Assembly: GCF_902652985.1 (NCBI RefSeq)
Contig: NC_047017.1
Location: 20,212,001 to 20,276,000 of the forward strand
DNA length: 64,000 bases
Origin: Pecten maximus
Taxonomy: Eukaryota
Direction of reading: 5' to 3'
Positions 33,801 to 48,800 of the stretch are shown here, piece after piece (within the stretch, counting starts at the first letter, position 1; every line of letters starts with the position of its first letter). The notes beneath the pieces were generated by a model that searched no databases, was not told the DNA's origin, and saw only the letters and a program-made list of their open reading frames with translations. The position numbers and the translations under genes are program-made.

Positions 33801-36800
33801 CATTTTGATTCAATGATTTTCGAAAGAGGGATGGTCTTTTTTGGCATTTCATTATTGTCTAGGAATCTCCTCACTGTTTCCCAATATCATTAAAACTCTG
33901 TGGCTTCTTTTTTTTAAATGGCTTTTAAGATTTGGTGATTTTTGTTTTAATTTGTGTCGAAAATTATAAAACCTAAGTTAAAAATAACAGTAAATTACCA
34001 GATTATTGTTTGGTAAGCTAGCCAAGTCTAAGGTCTTAGTCACAAATATTTAAAAGAAAAACAACAAAAAACTGCTATACATATGTAGTGTATGGAATAC
34101 AAATTGAAGGTTTAAATTACCCACAATTCAGTAGTCATGTTAGAAAATTATCAATATATATAAAAATAATTAAAAAGTGCATGATAATTTATACAGTGTT
34201 TGTGATCTCCATGCATCGAGTATGTAGACAGACATATTTGTGGTGTAATAAATTGTTCTTGGGCTGTGCTGATAATTCAGTGTATGACCACCTGTAACTG
34301 TTTGCTGTCCCAATACACATTACACACATACAGAATGTGTCCTTAAATGTACCTGTTGTAGACTAGTCTACCTGTTGTGCCCGAGGGACAGTCTTACCTA
34401 TAGTGACAGGGTGTTATGATCAGCACAGAACCAAATGTGTCAGTGTAACCAATTTCTTTATCTGTTTCAATAACACACACGGACAATGTAATCGTTATAT
34501 TCACCGCCATAAACAAATTTTTCTTGGCACTGTAAGTGTTTTTATACTCCTAATGAATCTACTATACTGCTAATGGAGTACTTTCTTTTGTAACAAGTTG
34601 TGAAAAGGAAATTTTAAATGTTTACTAGGATTAGATGTACCAGGATTAAACCACTTCAGTTTCGAAGCGATCTACTTTTACTTGTATATTCCATATAGAA
34701 AAAGTATTATTTTTTGTATACATCGGTTTGATAATCGTGTTTGATACCAATTGTTGTTGAATCAGTCGTGGATAACAATATCAGCCGTATTGTAGATAGG
34801 ATTGGAAACCTTTTGTGATATTTGTCCTCAGGATTGAGTAGGTTACGTAGTTCTACTAATGGTCAAGTCTTGTTACCATTGCAGATCTAGAGCTCTTACA
34901 AAAGGAATCACATTTAATATCGACATTGATCAATATCATACCATTGTAAATCAAGAGCTCATTGACACAATGACATAATAGTAGCATCGTGACCTACTTA
35001 TCTAATACCAAAAGTAGGTCACATTCCAGAAGAAGGTCATGATCACTGCTTTATGATGAATTTTTATATTTTGTATGTTTGTGTTCAGGTATATAGTACA
35101 TTTTCGACAGTTGGAGTAACGTGTCACTGTGGAAGTTTATACATATATGTGTTTAGTATGTGATGGAGTAATAATATATCTAGATCGCCTCCGGTTGGGT
35201 TCAGGCAAATTTACCGTTGTGTAGATCTGTTCTGCATGAATTTCTATTCTGTAAGGTTTCTTTAACCATGAAACATAAAGAGTTATGACTTGTATGCTAG
35301 GATAAGTTCAAGCTCTCATTATCTTTGATCAATCATAAATGAATAAAGTTATTTCCCATATAAAACATCTGATTTCTGTTATAGGATATATCGGACTGCA
35401 CCAAAGACTTATAGGGCCTTATGCCAATATTCAAACAGGTAGAATCCAGTGGTATATATGTACATGTCAAGGTTTAACTCCAATATAACAATTGCCAATA
35501 TATGATATATAGACTAGTGCCTGCCAAGAGCATCGTTGTGTATAACATCAGAAACTGTAAGTAAAGGCTGTGTTTGAAACCCAAGTTTTCTAAACGTTTG
35601 TTATTTATAACCTGTCAGTCATGTGTGGAGAGGATTCTACAGTGTAGTATGAGGAGCCATGCCTTTGGATGCTACTTGTGAGAGTGGAATGTAGGCTGAT
35701 GTCTGTAAACACTTGTTTAAAAGCAAACTCCTGTAGGCATGTTTGGTGGGGAACTCTTGCCCTGGAATCTTCAAATTCATAAGCAAAAATCAGTGTTAAA
35801 AAATTATTAGAAATATGCATGTACAGTTAACATAATTGAAACACTATACTTGTTACATGTATACTATAAAATGTACCTTGTAAAATTGTCTTTATTGTGT
35901 GGTACAAAAAAGAATCGGCCAACAGTTATCTATACAGAAGGTATAAATATATACCGGTATACTCCGGCCCAAGTCTTCAACAGGAAATCTTTCCCTTTCT
36001 GATTTTGTTACAATATAAAGTTTGCTTACTTTACATACTCTTACTAGTGATGTACTATATAGCTACCTATATGATTATGAAACCCAAATCTGTACACAGG
36101 ATGTGGTTCTGTAACGGTTTGGTTTCCAGGACAGGTGGTTCCACTTCAATCCCATGGAGTGAGGTTTGACACTTAGGGAGGGGGTGATTAGATAGTGAGG
36201 ACTATTTCCTTTTTCTTTCAGTGGTGGTGAGCTCGAGGTGTTAAATCATTTCTTTACCAATCTTTGTCTAAAAATGTCAAGAAAAACCTCAGGTTCAGTA
36301 GGTTTGGTAATAAAAATTAAGTAGGTTGAAAACCACAATATGTTTCTGTTTGGCCATATAGAGGTTGGATATGTCAAAGATGATGAAATACCATCTATTT
36401 ATTGTATGAGTGTGAGATTGTTTACACATTGTACATACAAGGTAGAGAGACCATGAGGAAGTATCCCATGTGATGATGTAAATGCCAGCTACCTAATTAA
36501 TTCAGCTATACACATCAAGTCTACATTATTCTGATCTGTATACAAATAGCTTGTGTCCTGTGTGTCCCCACCTAGATTAGGACTGTACTTGTGGCTATGT
36601 GGAGTTTCCACTATTACGCCAACTTCAAATCACATGAATAATTAATGTATTCATGACATGTAAAACAAAAAAGTTATACATGTTGTTTGGTTGTGTCATC
36701 AACAATTTTCAGTGTCTGACAGTGTGGTAACATCAATATAGGAGAGGGGATGGGTCTCTGATAGGATATACTGTAAGGTTTTGAAATAAATAATATCTTA

Positions 36801-39800
36801 TAGACCTAAATACAGTGTTCTTTTCATAGAAGTGTTCATCGGTAAACTTGAGATTATTTATATAAATTATATCGTTCTGTCCATGTGGTCCCCCCTTACC
36901 TTCACCAACTCCCCCACAATGTCACTGCAGTCATAGCAACAACTTCATTGACTCTCTCACACTCTCACTGACTCTCCCACTACAACACTGACTCTCCCTG
37001 CACCCTCATTGACTCTCTCACACTCTCACCGACTCTCCCACTACCTCACTGACTCCCTGTACCATCATGCATTGACTCTCTCACACTCTCACTGACTCTC
37101 CCACTACAACACTGATTCCCTGTACCATCATGCATTGACTCTCTCACACTCTCACTGACTCTCCCACTACCTCACTGACTCCCATGCATCCTCACTGACT
37201 CTCCCACATCCTCACCGACTCCCTGCATCCTCATTAACTCTCCAACAACCTTGCATCCTCACTGACCCTCTCACACATTCACCGGCTCTGCAAACCCTCA
37301 TCAACTCCCCCACATCCTTACTGACTCCCCCTCACGCTCACTGACTCTCTCACACCTTCACCGGCTTCAAAAACCCTCATCAGCTCCCCCACATCCTTAC
37401 TGTCTCCCCCTCACCCTCACTGACTCTCTCACACCTTCACCGGCTTCAAAAACCCTCATCAGCTCCCCCACATCCTTACTCCCCCTCACCCTCACTGACT
37501 CTCTCACACCCTCACCGGTTCCGCAAACCCTCATCAACTCCTCCACATCCTTACTCACTCCCCCTCACCCTCACAGACTCTCTCACACCCTCACCGGTTC
37601 CGCAAACCCTCATCAACTCCTCCACATCCTTACTCCCCCTCACCCTCACTGACTCTCTCACACCCTCACCGGTTCCGCAAACCCTCATCAACTCCTCCAC
37701 ATCCTTACTCACTCCCCCTCACCCTCACAGACTCTCTCACACCCTCACCAACCCACCCTCACTCTTTACCCATTATTGTAATCCACCCACTGTCAGGCTC
37801 TCTCAGTTCTATAATATCATTGCCTGGAGTCTGAATAAACATTTAATGGAACTTACTGTATATACCATCTGCAGCAGTTTTTTCATGGCAAAAATTGTAT
37901 CAAATCAATACAGTGTCCTAGTAGTAGTCGATAGCCGACTACATTGTCAGCCTACTCAAGCTTACCTGATTTATATATAGGTAGGCCTAGCCAGGTACAA
38001 AAAATCAATTAATAGGGGAAATAAAAAAGGTTGTTTTACCAAAGCAGACATCACTTATATGTGTGTGAGGACTGATGATGAAGATTGGGATCAGATGGGG
38101 GAAATTGCTACCAGTAATAACGTAGTGTATTGTCTGCGTGTCCTGATCGTATTACCTGGCCATATATTTGTATAGGTCTATTTAGAGGGTTGTTATTTGT
38201 GTAATATAAATGTGGTTGGACTTTATGTCCCTGTAAATATCGAGACCATGCCCAGTTAATTGTTTTTTCCCAGACAAATTTGTCTCCTACAACACATAAC
38301 AGCAGTTCCTCTTGTCGTTTCCCAAATTTTCTTTTTGGCCAATTCACAACAATTCTTCGTTCTCCCTCAAGTTCTCATCCTTCATGGTTTTGCATACTGC
38401 AGAGCAGTAACATTTGACTGAAACATTTAATAAGTATATATGCTACAATAGCAGCTGAATTGTTCTCAATTGTTCTTTCATTTGGTCTTTATATTTACTT
38501 CCCCTTCTCCTTCTTCTTTCACTTCATCATATTGGTCATCCTCCATGATTTGCATCACGCAGAGCAGAGCAGTAATACTTGACTTTAAAATCATCTTTTA
38601 TCTTGGAATTGGGTCTGAGCATTTCCAAATCCTATAATTACCGATGGTAATTGTTATGTATTTTCTCTTCTTTCCTAAATTCTTATATACAGTGTATATA
38701 TATATATTATTGGTCACATTCGCTGCGAGGTAGGTAAAGTTTCTTCTTTCCATCTATCGTGATGTTTTATTGAGTGTTAAATATGCTAGTAAAGATGAAA
38801 TATTTACCGAAAGTTCATAAAATGTACTTTAAGTATGTAATGTAGAGGTAGCATGAGTACTGTATATACATTTGTATATATCTAGTTTATAGGTTCACAG
38901 GTACCAATGGTGAAAGATTTATGGCATTAAAATCAATTTTTAAGCTGCACACAAGAAAATACTGTTAAATTTCTAGTAGGGATTGAGTGCAGCCTGTGAA
39001 GGTATGTGTGATTCTTATCATCATTTGACACATCCCCCAGCTCACTCCTGATACAATCTAGTCAGTATGAGTTGCAGCCATGCTGAAACCCTGACACAAC
39101 CAATACCTCCGGGTCCACAAGGATATCCAGGAAAATAATTAGGTGAAATGTATTATCATTTAAATTAGGAGCCCACCTAAAGATATAAGCACCACTGAAC
39201 ATATACTCAACACTGCATTAGATCATGTCAATTAGGTCTTCAAAAATATGATTTCCCAACTGATGCTTGTGACATCATCAAGCTTCCTTCAGCTTAATTA
39301 AAAGTTGTGACTGCCAGTCAGATTCTGTCAATGTCGTCTCCTGTGAATTACGAAATCAATATATTGTAATGAATTTTTTTTTGCATCTTCTACATGAGTT
39401 AATTATTTCAAAGTTACTTTATACTACCGTCAATGTCATGAATGATAAGCGTCATGTTAAATCTTACAGATGTTTCCTTTTTAGACGATCAATTGGAGAC
39501 TAATTATTTATCTGAAAGCACTGACATTTAAGAACATAATTACTGGTGTGAGAGGATTTGAATTAGAATCCCTTCCCAAACCTTTACACAGGTTTCATTA
39601 TTGGTTGATGTTGGAGTATAGTTATAAACCTTATTGGATTACTTACATGGTATTTCTTCACTAGTTTGGGATGGGCTCTTATGCCTCATTTTGGGAATAG
39701 AATTGGTGACTTCGAAAGAAATTTTCAGGAGAAACCTGCAAAATTTGGAAATTTGGCTTCAATATGAAAAAATGGTCAGTTGGGAATTGGGGTGGGAAGG

Positions 39801-42800
39801 GGGAGGAGGGGCATTATTTGCCCAAAATGCCCAAGGTACCCACATATCGGTAGTAATATAGATCGTCAGAGGGTTCACCATTGATGCAGGGTTATAATAT
39901 ATTGACAGTACATATAATTATGTGACAGAACATGGGTATAGTACTATAGATATATGGTACTGACAGTCTGATGTAAGATATATACTATTACTAGTACTGG
40001 GTAGTAACCTTAGCACTGACAGATTCTATAGAACTTGGTGCCAATCACCAGGTGTATACACCAGAATTAGTCGGAATAGTTAGGAGGATATTGGCCATAT
40101 GGGAGATCCTTGTCTGTGACCCTGTCTAACATGTATACAGTGTATTTACACCACAGTTAACCCCAGAATCCTATTCATCTGTTCCTATATGTCTTAGTAC
40201 TATAATGCATCTGTTGATAGATCACCCCAGTACTGTGATGTAGATTTAGTATGTTGGTACCATTCAGTACTGCGGTAGTATGTTGGGTGTTATATATACT
40301 GCCCTGCCGAAACACAGGTACATCAAATTAACTGTACGTGTATATCATCGGAAACCTGCAGTCAGCGCTCATTATGACAACTCATATGCACTTGTAGTGA
40401 CAAGTATGGGAGTCTCCTTATCATCATAGATCTAGAGAAAAAGAAGGAGGCTGGTGAAACCTTGTTAGGAATGAGGATTGTAGGTAAATATATGTCATAA
40501 GATAAGTAGTGGCAATATTACAGACAAAGGAATTTGTTGAATTTTAGAGGCAATCCACCAACACCCAAATACATCAACATTACACTAAGGAAAACAACTT
40601 GACTGTGTCGTAACACAAGACGTCAAACAAGAATTTATATATAGCATAAACTAAGATAGATGTAGGGTAAAATTATCTCCTCAATAAACATGGAGTTGTG
40701 CCAATGATAATTAGGCACATGTAATTATTAATGTTGATTTCATTAAAGTCACATACTCTTGGAATTAGTTTTTGAAAGCCTTATCATGCAAATTATTATT
40801 CTATAAGATTTTGAGTGACTTTGAACACCAGTAAGTCATATACGCGAATCTTGATTTTTGCATTTGAAGAGGCAATAGCTAGGTCTTTATTGAGTGAAGA
40901 AAACTGGCCTGAATTGTACAGTGAATATCAGTACTAGCTCCTGGATATACATAAAGATGTCTTTGAAGTCGTACATATGATCCATAAGCCAACATTTCTA
41001 TATCTAGAGTTAGATTGGGATAGGCAGTGATCATGAAGACAGTTTGGCAAATGATCAGATTATCATTGAAATGCCAAATCCATAATGTTGTATGTAAATT
41101 ACTACCATCGTCAATTTCTCAAGACTAGATTTGTTTCATCTGAGTGTCGTTTGTACTAAAAGTATTGTAATTCAGGGCCCCAAGGAAGACATCTGGACTT
41201 GAAATGAATGTAAACAAGCTCATGACACACCATATGTTTGTATTACAAGTTTAATTTGATAGTTTGTAACATATGGTTTTCATCATGACATCGATTTCCA
41301 TTAATCCTTGATCACCCTGCTGATATTAATGAAGATCATAATTAGCCCACAAGGCTATGGATATGAAATGTGTCCGAATCCATTGATGACCCATTTAAAT
41401 AGAATCTAGGCTATTTCTACATCTAATGAACTGGGAAAGTACTTATACTTGACACAGATATATAAGAGTTAGCCATAATTATGTGCTTGTTTTATTCTGT
41501 AGCCTATATTGAAATAAACCTGTCTGACTAACGAGACTATTTATTATCAGAGTTATATAAGATACTGGTATGTTTGTATCTATAGAATGAAAACCTCTAG
41601 ATACAACAAACCCCAAGAGATATACAAGCTATGTAATAGTTAGGTATGATGTAGGTAATTCTACACATATGATAGAGTATATACATGTGTGTATGAGATC
41701 ATGATCATAGCTCTGGAGAAAATGGACCAGGGATGCTGGCAATCAGTGTACTTATGCTTTAGATTCTTTGTCCTGTCAAAGATGAAGATTTGAATGAAAT
41801 ATAGCAAAGTCTGGACATTTGGAAAGCAGTATTACCCTAAATTTATTACTTGATTTTTCTTTTAAAACACTAATGAATCTTATCGATACATAAACTAATA
41901 TAGCTGTTTGGTATATGAAGCTAACTAGTGGCAGACTTGGAACAAGTGCACAGTGATGTAATCCCTGTGTCTAATGATGAAGCTCTGGGGGATTGAGTCT
42001 GATTACAACACAATGGTGTCCTTATCTACCCGCTGAGAAACACTGCAGACATTTTAATAGTTATCAGGCTCGGAACCACCATACACCAAAGAATTACCAC
42101 AATTACAGTAAAACGCCTAGGAACAAAGTCGTTATATCAGTATTTATAACATGTATGATGCGATTAATGTTTGTGTATTTTTAGCCTGCTGTATCAAATG
42201 AAATGTGTATAATCGCTAGATTGGTGGGATTTATCTATCGGCATTTACAGCATCCTTACTCTCAGCAAATGAAGCATTTCATGCCCTGTATCATGTTAAG
42301 CAGGTCAAGATATTTTTTGATATCTGAAAACTTTGGTATGTAACTGATAAATATGTGATAACATATAGCCTGGTATTCAACTAGATAATATATATATATG
42401 AAAGTCTTGTGGTATTCAGCTAGATATTATATATATAAGTATTGATAAAGAAAATTAGCTCCACATGTTAGCTAATGCTAATAAGCTCGGTGCAGCTACA
42501 ATTGTATACATATCTGGGGTATAAGGCACATTGGAAGTATGTATTTGTAATTATGAAGATCTCATTGGAGAAAACAATACAAATTAATAATGTGAATTTC
42601 ACTTACTGAAATTAAAACTCCATGCCAGGATGACTATAAATCATATTCTTCAGGTACATACCTGTTTACTGTAGACAAAAGAAAATTGAATAACTCAATT
42701 AAGTACATTTAGTACATTAAAGTCATCTTGAAGAAAATATGTGTAAATATTAAATACAGTTTTTGAATTAATTCCTCTCAGCTTTTCATAGCCAGACATG

Positions 42801-45800
42801 CGTTCTGTCGGATAAAGTGAATTGGATTGGATAAATGGAGAGAGTGCTGTGGCATTGACCAGCATTGATGTATGTATTGATTAATTAGGGGTATTATCGG
42901 AAGCCTATGGGCCATTTCACCTGTATAATCGCAAATTCAGACCTTAATATATACAGTAATCACCATTAATACTTAATTAGAGCTTGGTGAGCGGACTAGC
43001 GGGGCGGTAATCCGTCAACGCTAGAATCATTCCTGGTCCACACTCTCCAATCAGTAGACATATATTTTTCATAGGTGAATTACTTCCCTTTTGTGACTAG
43101 TTTTCAGATGCTGTGAGGGGTCAAAGTAGAGGTCAGGATACAACATGCGTAAGTGTTGGTCTGTAGTACCTGGCCAGTGTGAGATCAATATTGGTAAAAG
43201 ATTAGGGTTGGACATTAACAACGGGCAGATTTACAAGCTCCTTGACAGAAAACACTGGATGTGTGTGATACTGCATGATATAGAGATGTAACAGGAAACT
43301 GACCAATGACCAAAGTCCATTGTGCTCGGTCAGAAAACTGATCATTGGAACTGATGAGACCTTGGAGGAATTAATATAAAAAATCTGGTCCGAAGGTTTT
43401 GTCATTTTGATCAATACACAGCCATTGACCATCTGGCTTCATTAGCTGATCAAGAGACTGGAAATATGTTTTCTCCATTTGTTGATGTTACAAAAAAAAA
43501 ATGCTTTTAATGTCTTTTATATCATGGAGACATGCTGGGTACATATTTTTGCTTCAATTATCAGACATCATGCAGACAGCTTTAAGAATATATAAAAATA
43601 AAAATGTATTATTCATAGAATTCATAATGGCGCAATTTCATATTGAAATCAAGGACATCATTGGATTTAAGCCCAAAGTTAAAAGATAACACAACCGATT
43701 GACAAAGCACATCAACTTTATACTTTAAAAAGTATAACAAGAAGAAAATTCTAATGGTTTTCCTGTATGGCAATTTGGAATTTTCACTCATACAAAAATA
43801 CCAAGGTATATTTACCTCTGATACTTAGCTGGAATCTTTACTAACATCCTCTGTGTATCGTATATAATTATAATTAGCTCCAGTATACACCTGTGTTCAC
43901 CATATAAGTACCCACTATAAGAGGGTTGGATTCACAGCATCTCCCAGGCACTATCAAGTTTCCCTGTCTCTGTTTCATATTACAAACAATTTGTGCTTAG
44001 TTATTAAATCTTTAATAATACAGCTCTGGAGAAACTCACATGTAGGATTATTATTATTAAAGGGTGTTTGTAAGCTATCAGCCATTATATATTAAACTGT
44101 TTTCATGTCGGTCTCTCTTATTTGATCTAATCAAATGTACTTTTATAAGTCTCAGACATATACTTTTCTTATCTAGTTTAAATGTGTGTTGTAGAGATTT
44201 ATGAAAATAGAGGTATGATTTTATAAACTTGTCACAGATTTTGGTAACTGTGTGTTCATTGATTTAAAAGTGGATCTTTGTATAATCCAGACGGTTGATC
44301 AATTGTTTTACAAAATAACTTTGAAGTTTTTCCAGTTTATGTAAAGAACATAATATTTTTGAAGGAAAGGCTGAGAGAAGATATAATATTTAACTGTCTC
44401 TTGAAGGATTTCGGAATGATAGAACATGTACATTGTTCTTGATGGAAGAGCTCCAGTTTTCTATGCAAGTTCATTTTCCGACCATGCTTTTGTCCATTTG
44501 TACAACTGGGCAGACTCAATCAGGGTTAAATTTTTGATGATACAGGGTTTGAGCTTCATCCGTCTGTAACAAAACATTCTTCTACCTGTAATTGTATAAG
44601 ATGAATGGTTGATCTGCCTTTTGGTTCTGCAGTAACTTATAAAATTCAACTGTGTATACCTTGGTATAAGAAGTCTGAAGAGAGGGGCTCAGTTGGTTTT
44701 AGTTTCAGTCTATGTAAACCCCAGGTGAAGATCCATAGTGAGAGGCCTAGGTTCAACAATTCCCGCCTTTGGCAGTTTGTGTTTCTTGAGAAGCTGAGAA
44801 ACAGACTGGGTCTGAGCTGTCATGATTGCGTCCGTGGGCAAGACACTTTACCCTAACTGCTCTGTATGGCATGCATCAGGCCTACCATATTTTGTTTTGT
44901 GAGGTAGCCACAAGCTACTACATTGTACTAGAAAACCCCTATCTAAAAATACCATGGCTGTTCATGATGTTATAAACCCAACAATAAACAAACAAACTGA
45001 AGTGGAACTATAGGACATTGTATTATATGTGATCTACCTTATATTTCGGCCTGTTATAGAAGTCTCTAAGGTACAGGACTAGCTAGATATAGGCTGAACA
45101 TTACGACTGTTGTCAATGCTGAGCAGTTCATGATCTTAAGACTTCAGAATATTAATGGTATATATATATATATATATATATAACCTTTGTTATACAAGGT
45201 CAGACCAAGGACAACTGCTACCTGAATTAGATTTATTTAAAAGCTACAGGCATGTTTTAAGGCATTCAAACAAATAGAAAACATGAAAATGTTCTTTTGT
45301 GAGATCTCCTTTCATGATTTCAACCTACAATAACAAGTGTTTGGTTTTTTGTTTTGTTTTGAAATAGAGTTTGGTTGGCTGGACATGAATGTATATGATA
45401 GCTATATTTCCTTGTATATACCCTCTGGTATTGCCTCATTGTAGTTACGACTCTTTAGAATATTATTGACAAACCATAAATGTTGGGTTTCTTTGTTGTT
45501 TTAGTTGTATTATGTGTATGATGCTTTTGACCAAGTTGCTAAAAATGGCCACAATTCACCCTTACAGTTTTAAAAGCCAGATCAGATTTCAGTTTAAAAA
45601 AATAGGTCTTTTCTTGGTACAAATTTGGGGTGACAAAAACATGACCAGAGATTCAGTAAATTGTTTACTAGGAAGTTGGGTAATGCAGACCTTCAAATGG
45701 ATAGCGTGACAGACTGACGGATCATTTTGTCCCACGGCAGTTGTATATAAAAAAAACTCTGTATTGATGTCCTCTTTTGTCTGTATTCAGACTCGCTCAG

Positions 45801-48800
45801 GTGTTGAAATTGCGTAATGTTCTATATTTTGCTGTTTTTGTTAGATTTAACGACACAGGTTTTGATATTCATAGCTGTGTGTATTCTAATTGTCAACAGC
45901 GATTGTTGTCGGAGAATGAATTAAGAGAGAGTGAATTAAGTTACGGTCAGGTTTTGAATACAGATTTTATAGATGTGCATTAAAATTTTCTTATGTAGAT
46001 GTTTTAAGTTATGCTGCAGTAAGTTTGCTTTCATAGCCAGTGGGAATGCCAACCACAGTCAATGTTTAAAGTTTAAATATTTTTACTGATAATTAATCGC
46101 AGATATTTCAATGTCAAATGAAATCGTATTTAGTTTTATTAATTGTGATTGCTTGTTGAAAATACAACACTGCCTGTCACAGGAAAAAAATTAAAATTCT
46201 TCAAAAAAAGTTTTCTTGCCTATATCTGTACAATTGTTTCCAAAACTGGAAACACAACTAAATTATGTTTACCTATGTAGTGCAGCTTATACCAAGATCA
46301 GATTTGATAGATTGCACATGATCAATTTGTCATTGAAACCGTTGACAATATAACCACACAATCCATAATACCTAGTCATTATAAATGTTCAGGATGCTTT
46401 TCTTTTGGTCGAGAAACAAAGTAAAAAGAATCATTTGTTCAATCAAGATTAATGTAAACTTGTACAAATTTTAAGTATAGAACACTTGGGATATTTCCAG
46501 CTTATACTTCCCACATCTTTATATACCTGCTATAGGTATATATTGTTGTAAACAGAGGGATTGTAATCTGTTTTACCTTACTCCAACCCCAACTTCCTGT
46601 ATCCATGGCAACTGATAGGATTTTCATGCTATGGTCAAGACAGGTGCTGAGTTGTTTGTTCTTGGTAAATGACCGATCCTCCAGACCAGTCTAATCCAAC
46701 AACCAGACAGCAGAATTTACTCGTAGTGTAATGAAGGAGAAGGGAGAAAGATTCTTGAACCAGCTAGTCTGATTGTAAACCTTTCTGGAAGATAATTAGT
46801 ACATCGTTCAGCAGACAGTCTAAGATTATGTTGCCCTATGGGGCAAACAATCATTATTGTTGATACTGGTTATTAGATGGCTGTCTTTTGAAATAAAAGG
46901 AAAAAAAATTCCCAATATAAATATAGATCAATTTGTTTTGAAGAGACACTCCAGTATCCATTTCTCCATGTATACATGTACCTGTCTGCAGGGTATCATT
47001 GCCATGGTTACTGAATGGTAAAGAAATGGATTGGAGACCAGGTAAAAGGCACTGTGATGGGCTATAAACAAACAATTCTACATTAACTTCATGGAGCACC
47101 AAGAATATACTAATTGGTGATAAAGATATATAATGTGTATTAATGTCAGTTAGGTCGGTTGATCTGATATATTGAGATGTTCTATCAGCGACCGTTGGCC
47201 TTGAGGGAGATTATTACTGGTTATATAGACAGTGTAAGGTTGGGAATTATTCCAGCTCCAAGTGATCCCATCAGCAAAGTATAATACTGATGTAGGCGAT
47301 GTTTCATAGTTAATGTAATAAAGTGTATCTAGATCTAGGTTCCATTCATTATCTTCCTGAATGGCCAGCTCCTGTTGGTTGTTAACATCACCAAGTGCCA
47401 TAGTTATATGTTTAGTCCCCTAATCTTTAACACCAGTACACAGACCACTTTTGGTTGTTGGCATGACAGGTTTGTTTGGTACATCTTTGTGATCACTACC
47501 GGTGAAGGAGGGCAATATTTGGCAATTGTGAATCATTAAGCAGTACAACCTGTTTCATTGATATTTCTTAACTTTAAAATTTCCATAGGAAAGCATTACA
47601 AAATTTAAGAAGTTCCTTTACTAAGACTTTTGTCTTTTAAGTTCAATAATGCTTTCTTTCTGAAAATTTAAGATAAGGAACGTTGATGAGACCTAAGTCA
47701 GGTGTCCTGTCGTTAGCTGCCAAAAAAAGTTGTTGCCATGTTCAGAGGATGAATGTGGCTACCTAGATTGGATCTAGATTTACATTGTGGGAGTCTTCAA
47801 TGAATCTGAAGATGCTTACACTTCTGGAACATCTGGTCCTGTACTTTTCCAGGGCCTCATCACATGCTTATTAATATTATAGTTATATTTTGTTAATATT
47901 TCCCAGTCAGTCTCATTCATGGATTTTGAGTTAGAAATACGACTTCATTTGAATGTTTGGTATTCTCTTGTATTTTAGAGACTCCTTCTTTAAATGAAGA
48001 AAATATTACACTGTTTATCTATATACATGCTCAAAACCAACTTAAAGTAAGTAAGGTTCATGTATAACTCAATCAAAGCTGAACCATGAACTCTTAATAA
48101 AACAAAATCCTGGATCTGCCCCCATATGTCACAGAGTTCACCCTATCTCAGTAAATTTTCTGTAAATCCCTAAACCAAACTTATATCTGACTGCCACATC
48201 CTCATCAGCTGTAGATATCATTACTTCCTATGTGCCCCTGTACACAAGTCAATATGCCAGTAAGTTAAACAACTTTTTACTACAGCTATGGTGGAGCTTT
48301 ATGGCAGCTGTAGCTTATAAATAGGTGGCTATGAAAAGATTATTTCCATTATTACTTAATGAGTCGCACATGCTTCTTAAATTGAGAAGGATACAGACCA
48401 GAACTTGTAAACAAAGATTTAAATGCAGCATCATGTTTTTATAATTTCTATATTAACATGCCAAATGTCAATTTTAGCACTTTGACTAAAAAAATGTATT
48501 AAAGGAAAAGTAAATTTGTGTGGCTATAAAGATGAAAGATGATAAAGGCCAATTCGACTGTTTACTATATATATACGTATATACCCGTAAACTCTATATG
48601 ATATTTACAAATCCAGACCCCTGTTGGATCATATCTTTAAAACATATCTAACAAATATGAGTAATTTATAAGTAGCTGTGATGACTAGTCCAGTCAAATC
48701 GTGTATCATATTTTGGGTGATACATAATTTAGTAAAGGGTAATGACCCTGTACAAGTCTGAGGACACTTCATTCTATCATATGTGTAATAACTTACTGAT

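Noticed and set aside
47150-47401. 83-aa minus-strand ORF as a nested gene
   Set aside because: No recognisable domain, partner exons or promoter evidence; cannot be supported without a search.
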